Shown here: positions 54,414-64,000 of the stretch, in pieces
How the letters are laid out: each line of letters opens with the position of its first letter
Position numbering within the stretch: the first letter of the stretch is position 1
NCBI GenBank assembly: GCA_951406725.2
Contig: OX597827.1
Coordinates: 58,652,001 to 58,716,000 of the forward strand
DNA: 64,000 bases
Direction of reading: 5' to 3'
Source of the DNA: Octopus vulgaris
Lineage: Eukaryota
Made by a program: the position numbers and the translations under genes
Notes under the pieces: generated by a model
The model's database searches: none
Told to the model about the DNA's origin: nothing
What the model saw: the letters and a program-made list of their open reading frames with translations, nothing else

Positions 54414-55490
54414 AGGCGCAGGGGTGGCTGTGTGGTAAGTAGCTTGTTTAATTATCTTTTTCTACAAGGGCGGGAAGGTGGAAAAATAGTAGAAGAACAT
54501 AAAGAGACAGTAGATATGCCCTTCACACGGGATCTCGAATGGCCTCCGCAGATAGCTGTGGAGGTCATAAGGTTTGCCTTGTGGGAAAGGCTTAAAGGAT
54601 TTGGGGAGGGGTGTCGCATATAGCCGGCTGGCCCTTACACGACTTACATGTCCTACATGAGTGAGGCATGGGAAATGGCGGGATACAGGAACTCAAGCGG
54701 CATTGAAGATAATGACGAATATATCGATGGATATATCGATGAGTAGGAGGTGAAAAAGCCTTGTTAGAGGGTTTGAAACCTCATCTTATTGTATTATTTT
54801 TAGTGGTTTATAACCTCAATTGTGTGTTTTAAAAAAAATGTTAAGCAAGAGGTTTCAGTGCCTCTTTCTTGTAAGAGGTTTGAAACCTCATATTGATTTT
54901 AAAAAAAAACGAAGTTTGTTTTCGAGAAAAATCCAATCGGCGGGTGTTGGGTTTCGTCTCTCATTTATTCATTTTATTTCATTTTCATTCATTAATGTGT
55001 TTTTCCAGCCCGCAAAGTTACACAATCTTTGTACTGTCTATATCACAAATTTTATGAAATAACGTAGCTTGCTTACCAACCACATGGTCATGGGTTTAGT
55101 CCCACTGCATGCACCTTGGGCAAGTGTCTTCTACTATAGCCTCGGGCCGACCAGATCCTTGTGAGTGGATTTGGTAGACGGAAACTGGAAGAAGTCCGTC
55201 GTATATGTATATATGTGCGTGTGTGTGTATGTGTGTCTGTGTGTGTGTGAGTGTGTGTATGTTTGTGTGTATGTTTGTGTGTCTGTGTTTGTCCCCCCAA
55301 CATCGCTTGACAATCGATGGTGGTGTATTCATGTCCCCGTAACTTAGCGGTTTGGCAAAAGAGACCGATAGAATAAGTACTAGGCCTACAAAGAATAAGC
55401 TCTGGGGTCGATTTGCTCTCGACTAAAGGCGTTGCTCCAGCATAGCCGCAGTCAAATGACTGAAACAAGTAAAAGAATAAAGCAATAAAA
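54414..55490 (+). mobile_element. SINE family A split by a 617-bp insertion (54447-55063) with 8-bp TSD
   Basis: The head ends gtagcttg (54439-54446) and resumes gtagcttg-cttaccaacc (55064-). Confidence 0.88.
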
Positions 55491-55521
55491 AAATATACAT
55501 ATATACACATTTTCATATACA

Positions 55522-55552
<31 letters not shown>

Positions 55553-55570
55553 GTACATACGTACATACAT

Positions 55571-55890
55571 GTAGTAGCACTCCGTCGGTTGCGACGACGA
55601 GGGTCCCAGCTGATACGATCAACGGAACAGCTTGCTTGTGAAAATAACGTGTAAGTGGCTGAGAACTCCACAGACATGTGTATCCTTAACGGAGTTCTCG
55701 GGGAGATTCAGCGTGACACAGAGTGTGACAAGGCTGGCCCTTTGAAATACGGGTACTACTCATTTTTGCCAGCTGAGTGGACTGGAGCAACGTGAAATAA
55801 AGTGTCTTGCTCAAGGACACAACGCGCCTCCGGGAATTGAACTCACGACCTTACGATCATGAGCCCAATGCCCCCCTAACCACGCGCCTT
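55571..55890 (-). mobile_element. SINE family D (family C-type head, different tail)
   Basis: Shares gccagctgagtggactggagcaacgtgaaa with family C. The tail recurs at 41260-41430, 42510-42650 and 57080-57220. Confidence 0.75.
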
Positions 55891-56342
55891 CACTTCACTA
55901 CACGTACATACACACACATATGCACAAACACACACGTACGTACGTACGTACATACATGCATACATACAAACACACTACCCCACCACTCCCACCAGACCAC
56001 ATGTATTCTTAGTTATCTCAGTATTTATCATCCCTTCATCCTGTTCGGTAATTGGAGACGAAGACAATATTAACACAATGATTGTCTTCGCTACAACGTT
56101 CGATCGTCTTAATTATTTCCTATTAACGACTCTTCCCAACGTCCCACACTCCCTCCCTCCTTCCTTCCTTCCGTCCTTCCTCGCCTTTAATCATTCGATT
56201 TTTTTTTTTTTTTGTTATACCTTTCTGTTTTTTTCCTTCCATCGTTATTATAATAACACACACCTACACCAGAACCACAATCTCCACCACAATCGCCACC
56301 GTACTCATAATCACCCTCATTATATTATTACTGAGCATGAGA

Positions 56343-57062
56343 AGGCGGCGACCTGGCAGAATCGTTAGCATGGGTAATGATTCTGCCAGGCGAGCTGGCA
56401 GAAACGTTAGCAAGCAGGGCGACATGCTTAGCGGTATTTCATCTGCCGCTACGTTCTGAGTTCAAATTCCGCCGAGGTCGACTTTGCCTTTCATCCTTTC
56501 GGGGTCGATTAAATAAGTACCAGTTACGCACTGGTGTCGATATAATCGACTTAATCCGTTTGTCTGTCCTTGTTTGTCCCTTCTGTGTTTAGCCCCTTGT
56601 GGGTAGTAAAGAAATAGGTATTTCGTCTGCCGCTACGTTGAGTTCAAATTCCGCCGAGGTCGACTTTGCCTTTCATCCTTTCGGGGTCGATTAAATAAGT
56701 ACCAGTTACGCACTGACAGAACTGACTTCTTAATGAATTTTGAACTATTATTAAATATTATCGTTAATACCGTTGTTATCGTTATTATGCGATTCCCAGC
56801 GGTATTAGAGATAATATTCACACCACGGCTGGTAAATTATTTATTTGCTGCCTACAAGGGTCTATACACAGAGAGGACAAACAAGGACAGATAAACGGAT
56901 TAAGTCGATTATATCGACCCCAGTGCGTAACTGGTACTTAATTTATCGACCCCGAAAGGATGAAAGACAAAGTCGACCTCGGCGGAACTTGAACTCAGAA
57001 CGTAACGGCAGACGAAATACCGCTTAGCATTTCGCCCGGCGTGCTAACGTTTCTGCCAGCTC
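56343..57062. mobile_element. Inverted pair of SINE B copies (56343-56714 +, 56843-57062 -)
   Basis: Consensus matches in opposite orientation ~130 bp apart. Confidence 0.88.
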
Positions 57063-57399
57063 AGGTAATTGATTGCTGATATGTCACGCTGAATCTCCCT
57101 GAGAACTACGTTAAGAGTATGTGGTGTCTCTGGAGCGCTGAACCACATGCGCATTAACTTCACGAGCAGGCTGTTCCGTTGATCGCATGTACTACCAATG
57201 TAACCGTCGGACAGAATCAGTGTGACAGAATACCTAGCAAGGTTGAACTATTGAAGAATTGGAACAACGCATCTGATAATCTTATTTCTATAGAGTTCTT
57301 GTCAACTTAAGTTCACTTCTAAATTGATGGGTTGACTCGAGGCTGTAGCGAAAAAGAAAAAAAAAAACAACAAAACAAAACAAAAAGCTACTTTGAGTC

Positions 57400-57810
57400 A
57401 CAGGGATGGCTGTCAGTTGAAGAAGCTCGCTTTAGGGTCCACTGGTTTCTGGTCCGATCTCACTGTGCGGCACTTAGAACGGGTGTCTTGTACTATAGCG
57501 CTTCGGTCAACTAGTGTGGATTTCGTAAACAAAAACTGTGTGGAAGCTCATTGTTTGTTTGTTCGTTTGTTTGTGTGTGTATGCGTGTGTGTGTGTGTGT
57601 GTGTGTTTTCTCCCACAACTTGACAACCGGTGTTTGTTTGCTTACGTTTCCGTAATTAGTGGTTCGTCAAAAGAAACCGACAGAATAAGTTTGTGTTAAA
57701 AAAAAATTTTTAATACTGGAGTCGATTTGCTTGACAAAATGCTTCAAGGCGGTGTCCCAATATGGTCGCAATCCAATGATTGAAACAAGTAAAAGGTAAA
57801 ACAAAAGAAA
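57400..57810 (+). mobile_element. SINE family A, old diverged copy
   Basis: Degenerate head and aggcggtgtcccaatatggtcgcaatccaatgattgaaacaagtaaaag tail. Confidence 0.7.
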
Positions 57811-57852
57811 AATCTATCTATCTATATATCTATCCATCTATCTTTCTACCTA

Positions 57853-57883
<31 letters not shown>

Positions 57884-57937
57884 ACCTATGTGTGTATAAA
57901 CATATGTATGCATGCATGTATGTATGTATGTATGTAC

Positions 57938-57984
<47 letters not shown>

Positions 57985-58255
57985 CACATGTATATATGTA
58001 TATACATGCATATATGTGTGTGTTGTGTGTGTAGGTATGTTATGTGCATGTAAATATATGTACGTATAGATATATATTTATATATGCATATATATGTGTG
58101 TGTGCGCGCGCGTGAGTGTATATATATATATATGTGTGTGTGTGTGTATGCATTTATGTATATGTACATATATGTATATTTATGGGGGGGTGTATATATT
58201 ATAGTGTGTGTGTGCATGTGTATACGCACGCGTGCGCATATGTAAGAGAAAAGGG

Positions 58256-58329
<74 letters not shown>

Positions 58330-58587
58330 CTGTTATTGAACAATTCTATTCTCTTTCTTTTTTTCATTCCGCCCTTTTTGTTTCCTTCTCCTTACTTAAT
58401 TGTTTCTCCCCCCCCCCCCGCGATCCCCACCGACACACCGCCGCCCACCCAACCAACCACCCAACAAACACGAAAACAAAAGACGGGAAAGACTTAGTGA
58501 AAAGCGTAAAAACCACGAAAACACACACGCACACACACACACACACACACCACACATACATCATTTCCACACACTTATATAAACACA

Positions 58588-58640
<53 letters not shown>

Positions 58641-59279
58641 CGCAACATTACAGTCAAACAATTCCGACGACTGGTCATTATTTACGAAGGAAATGTCCTG
58701 CCATTTATCCGCTGTATTTAGACACAATTGGCAGTTAAATAAACGTTTACTGACGATCGACAGTTGCCTTGTATAATGGGAAGTTAAATAAACGATTGTG
58801 TTCTCGAGGGAACAGTTGTCGTCCAATTAATTATTTTATACATTCGCACCGCCGCTGCTGTTGCTGCTGCTGCTGCGCCCACTACTGACTGGTGTTCGCT
58901 TTACACGCTGCACCTATTAGAATCCTAAAAACAATATTGCTGCCGCTGTTATAATTGTTGCTGTTGTTGTTATTGCTGCTGCTTCTGTTGTTGTTGTTGT
59001 TTGACCCCAGGTCAGTCCTGATTGAATAAGACCTATGACCCAATCATGATCCTTTACTGAGACGCAGAGTGTGAGCCGCCCTTGGTATACTTAGAGTTTT
59101 CCGCCCACCGGCCCCTATTAAAGACTTACACAGCAGGCCCAAAAGAGCCCGTTGTTTCTATCCCTTCTTCCTCAAGCTATGCTATTGATCTCTTCTCGGT
59201 TTTATTCATAATACGAATCAGAACTTAACTGAGACGAAAGGCTGCCAGTAAGACGTCGAATGAGCAGAAAATCTACGTC

Positions 59280-59337
<58 letters not shown>

Positions 59338-59341
<4 letters not shown>

Positions 59342-59700
59342 CAGAACGGGGCGCCACTGCAGTTTGCCAAAGATCCCAGCATCACCGTCGAAATACAGGA
59401 TCAGATTCTGCAACAGCATGGGTTTCAAGGGGCCACAGCTTTTCAATATCCCTCCAAAATACCTGAGAGACCTGCTTAGTGTGGATGTAGGTGTCTCCAA
59501 AACAAAACTGTATCGCCTCCTATCAAGGGTTCCAGATGAGCCTACCTCACGGCAGGAAACACAGATGAGGACAGCAGTATCAAACTCCTTCACTGGCCAA
59601 ATGCTACATATCAGAGGAGGTTTCAAATAATGGTGTAGCACAACCAACGGTGGTGCCCCAGCATGACCGCAGCTTTAGAGCTGAAACATTTTAAAGAAGT
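59338..59700 (+). mobile_element. CR1/L2-group LINE 3' end (ORF2 C-terminus + 3' UTR)
   Basis: NSMGFKGPQLFNIPPKYLRD...KTKLYRLLSRVPDEP...AVSNSF is a typical ORF2 C-terminus; followed by ggtggtgccccagcatgaccgcagc...gctgaaaca. Confidence 0.75.
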
Positions 59701-60139
59701 ACATGCGTAAAGGCACCAGGTGATTACCTTTGTATTCTCCCACGAAAAATTCGATGACAAGCATTATGTACTGGCCATGGAATTTACTAGCGGACAATCG
59801 TGGGCCTAATGTCACGTAGAAGGGAAGGGTGAGATTTGAGGAGGATTACGTTCCTTCAAGGTAATACTTTTTAAAAGATGTTCTGTTGGTTCCAATGTTA
59901 TTATAACTGCGAACTGAAGAGAGAGAGAGGGGAAGAGGGGAAAGGATAGGAAGGGAGGGAGAGGAAGGGAGGGGAGAAGAGGGGGAGAGAGAGAGAGGGA
60001 TAAAACTTAGAAAAGATAGAACAGCAGAATTTCTGAGTTACATGCCTGAAAACCTTATCCATCTCCTTCTCTCCCTCTCTCCCTCTCTCTCCCTCTCTCC
60101 CTCTCTCTCCCTCTCTCCCTCTCTCTCCCTCCCACTCCT

Positions 60140-61605
60140 TTATTTCTTTATTGCCCACAAGGGGCTAAACGTAGAGGGGACAAACAATGACAGAGAAAGG
60201 AATTAAGTCGATTACATCGACCCCAGTGGGTAACTGGTACTAAATTTAACGACCCTGAAAGGATGAAAGGCAAAGTCGACCTCGACGGAATTTGAACTCA
60301 GAACGTAACAGCTGACGAAATACCTATTTCTTTACTACCCACAAGGGGCTAAACACAGAGAGGACAAACAAGAACAGACAAACGGATTAAGTCGATTATA
60401 TCGACCCCAGTGCGTAACAGGTACTTAATTTATCGACCCCGAAAGGATGAAAGGCAAAGTCGACCTCGGCGGAATTTGAACTCAGAACGTAACGGCAGAC
60501 GAAATATCGCTAAACATTTCGCCCGGCGTGCTAACGTTTCTGCCAGCTCGCCGCCTTTTAAAGACAATGTCGACCACTGCGGAATTTGAACTCAGAATGT
60601 AAAGACAGACGAAATACGACTAAGAATTTCGCCCGGCGAGCTAACGTTTCTGTCAGCTCCCTCCCACTCCCTCTCGCCAAATCACTTTCGTGATTTTTTC
60701 CTCTTTCATGCCTTGGAATTTAAAAACCAACCTACCAACGAACCAAGAAAATAAATGCACCAGTAATATTTTCAGTATCTGATTCAATCGTTTATACCCC
60801 TAATTTAGTAAGGACCCGGAATCAAGGAAAATGAATTTTATTGTTATTGCTGCTGTTACTTTGAATGCGCGAACACTGTAATCTATGTTTAGGATTTCTT
60901 TATCTCCAGGCTTTTTATAAAGATTATACTTTCTTTAGTAAACAATTAAAAATGTTTTATTTACATGTTTGTGGTTTGACATTAGAGACGGTGTAAAGCG
61001 GCGACCTGGCAGAAACGTTAGCACGCCGCCAAAATGCGTAGCCGTATTTCGTCTGTCGTTACGTTCTAAGTTCAAATTCCTTCGAGGTCGACTTTGCCTT
61101 TCATCCTTTCGGGGTCGATTAAATAAGTACCAGTTACGCACTGAGGTCGATAAAATCGACTTAATACGTGTGTCTGTCCGTGTTCGTCCCCTTCGTGTGT
61201 AGCCCCTGTGGGTAGTAAAGAAATAGGTATTTCGTCTGCCGTTACGTTCTGAGTTCAAATTCCGCAGAGGTCGACTTTGTCTTTTATCCTTTCGGGGTCG
61301 AAAAATTAAGTACCAGTTACGCACTGGAGTCGATGTAATCGATTTAATCCCTTTGTCTGTCTTTGTTTGTTCCCTCTATGTTTAGTCCCTTGTGGGCAAT
61401 AAAGAAATAAACGTTAGCACGCCAGGCGAAATACTTAGGAGTATTTCGTCTGCCGCTACGTTCTGAGTTCATATTCCGCGTGGTCGACTTTGCCTTTCAT
61501 CCTTTAGGGGTCGATAAAATATGTACTAGCTGAGCACTGGGATCAATGCTATCGAGTGATTCCCTCCTCGAATTTGCTGGCCTTGTACCAAAATTTGAAA
61601 CCAAT
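60140..61605. mobile_element. Head-to-head pair of SINE B multimers (60140-60660 -, 60997-61605 +)
   Basis: Each has 2-3 body units; opposite orientation, ~340 bp apart. Confidence 0.9.
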
Positions 61606-62499
61606 ATTAGAGATGGCGTGTGTCAAGTGGTTTGGGTGTTGCATTCACGACGACGAAATTATGGTTTCGTTTCCCGGACAAGCGGTGTATCGTGTTTTTG
61701 AGCAAAATATTTCATTTCACGTGGCTCCAATCAACAGAGCTGTATATGGCTGCAACGGGCTGGCGTCCACTTCGGTGGGAATGTTGTAATCACGGTCACT
61801 TATACCATCATAGAAATCGGTTAACCGGCTTTATGCGTTCTAGGAACTTGAGGTAGTAATGTCCAGAGATGATCCAATATTACATCCACTGAACAACTTC
61901 CTTTCAATCACTTACTTATGTGTAGTTCAGTGGCGTGGAGAGAGTGTGAGCCGAACTTGACAGATCTTAAGTTTGCCGCCGTCCCCAGCAGGACTCTCAA
62001 GTTTATACAGGTTTATACAGCGGCATACAAAAGTGACGCTTCTATAAAAGCGTCGCCTGTAACCAACTTAACAGCGAAGTAATTCTTTAGGATGAGAAAT
62101 TTCAACAACTTCATTACTTTCTCCAAAGCACAGACAGAATGGTACAATTTCAAGGGATTAGAACTCATAACATCTTTAACAGCCTCAGAGATAAGCGCCT
62201 CGTATGCATTCAGACCACTAGTTAGTCACCTGGTCGTCTTGTATTTGAGAACAATGAATAATATGGTGTTCCTGCCCATTCGCCAAAACAAGTGGGAAAT
62301 TATGAGGGAAATAACAACAATAATTGGATAATAATGTTGCTGTTGTCGTTGTTGTTGTTGTTGATGATGATGATGATGATGAAGCAGGGTTAAATTGATC
62401 GATAGAGTGTATGGAAGCAAAGAAAGCAGTCACTAAAAACATCAGTGCAAACACAAAAGAAGAAGGAAAATAAAACACATGACAGACAGAGAAAACTGA

Positions 62500-62555
<56 letters not shown>

Positions 62556-63448
62556 AGGAAAGAAAGAATGAAAGAAAGAAAGAATGAAAGAAAGAAAGGT
62601 TATGTGAAAGGCTGGATATATGAATGGATAGAAGCAAGAAGTGTGGCGGGGTGGTGATTGTGGGGTAATGAGAAATATATTCATAAAAGAAATCGATGAA
62701 AAGGCTATTGACATCGATGGAAAAAGCAAATAATGAGATGTAAACATAAAAAGAGTAGAGGATTTGTTTCGAGAGGCAAACAAACAACAGTAATAACTAC
62801 GTAAGAAAAAACAGAAAAATAAAGGTCGCTAAATTGAAACAAATACGGCAAAGTTTGAAGGAAGAATAAAAAAACTAGAGAGGAGAATACAAGGGGAGCT
62901 AACCGTAAATGGTTATTTCGTTTGTCGATTGATTATTGTCTGTTTGTACAGTTGTATGGAAACAATTAAAGCAGCCAGCGAACAAATTGGTTAATGGTGA
63001 AGAAAATATCGATAAGAAATGCCTCCGAAATTCTGCGTTTTTCAGTCATTTCTTTTGTATGTATGTATGTGCATGTGTGCGTATGTGTGTGTGTGGTTTT
63101 GTCATATTATTGTACATAATATTGCACTTACGCCGACGTTTAACTCTGTCCCAAAAGTCATCTGGTTTCAATTTCTGCATACACACCTTACACAAATAAA
63201 TCAAAATGAATAAATGCTCTGTTGAAGTGTATGCGTGTGCGTGTTAGGGAAGGGACGGGTCCTGCCTGCGGTTCACCTCAATTGTTCAAAATGATTTTTC
63301 ACCCTTTTATTATTATTATTTTTTTGTTGTATGTGTGTATGATTAATTTCTCTCCAGCCATCTTTCGCTCTCCCTCTCCCCCCACTCTCTCTCTCTATTC
63401 CTTATATTCTTTTGACTATTCGAAAAGACAAAGCACCAGCACTCTTTC

Positions 63449-63741
63449 GTATGTATGTATGTATGTATGTATGTATGTATGTATGTATGTATGTATGTAT
63501 GTATGTATGTATGTATGTATGTATGTATGTATATATGTACGTATGTATATATATATATATGTATGTATGTATGTATATATGTATGTATATATATATATAT
63601 ATATGTATGTATATGTATGTATATATATATATATATATGTATGTATATTTATGTATATATATATATATATATATGTATGTATATGTATGTATATATATAT
63701 ATATATGTATATATATGTATATATATATGTATGTATGTATG

Positions 63742-63775
<34 letters not shown>

Positions 63776-63787
63776 TATTTATATAAG

Positions 63788-63835
<48 letters not shown>

Positions 63836-64000
63836 TATGTATATAGACGGACTAACAGACAGAGAGACAGACAGATAGATAGATAGATAGATAGATAGAT
63901 AAACTGACAGACAGACAGATATGTGTATGCATGTATGTATGTATGTATGTATGTATATATATATGTACGAACGCGTACAGAGATACATGTATGTGTGTGT
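63449..64000. repeat. Compound (TATG)n/(TA)n/(GATA)n microsatellite
   Basis: Directly visible. Confidence 0.95.

Noticed and set aside
62218-62787. Candidate Not exon 1 (FAFSIDV string; CAG|GTGACT donor near 62230)
   Set aside because: The donor is phase 0 or 2 in the open frames, while phase 1 is required; the phase-1 frame has a nearby stop and the ORF runs through (CTTT)n.

Overview
Eukaryotic, very repeat-rich genomic DNA. The microsatellite load ((TA)n, (TATG)n, (CA)n, (GATA)n, trinucleotide mosaics) and SINE families resemble an octopus/coleoid cephalopod genome; this taxon call is inference. Nearly all ORFs in the supplied track are microsatellite artefacts. The one host gene I can support is a Not/Noto-family (NK-like, ANTP class) homeobox gene on the minus strand. 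Two of its exons are visible (46174-46402 and 43840-44503), joined by a phase-2 GT-AG intron inside homeodomain codon 31; its first coding exon was not found. The rest is a gene desert of decayed mobile DNA: several Tc1/mariner elements, Merlin-like, piggyBac-like and hAT-like MITEs, a Helentron-like (DINE-1/HINE-type) element, at least four SINE families, CR1/RTE/Tx1-like LINE ends, and two Penelope-like retroelement (PLE) remnants. The most notable non-annotated signals are: (i) about seven minimal hammerhead-ribozyme-like motifs, two directly downstream of PLE GIY-YIG ORFs; (ii) three long near-perfect palindromes tied to (TA)n tracts, two inside the homeobox gene; (iii) short unique TAAT/Fox/NK-site-rich islands between microsatellites that look like enhancers of the homeobox gene. 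Repeat boundaries are approximate and were read by eye.
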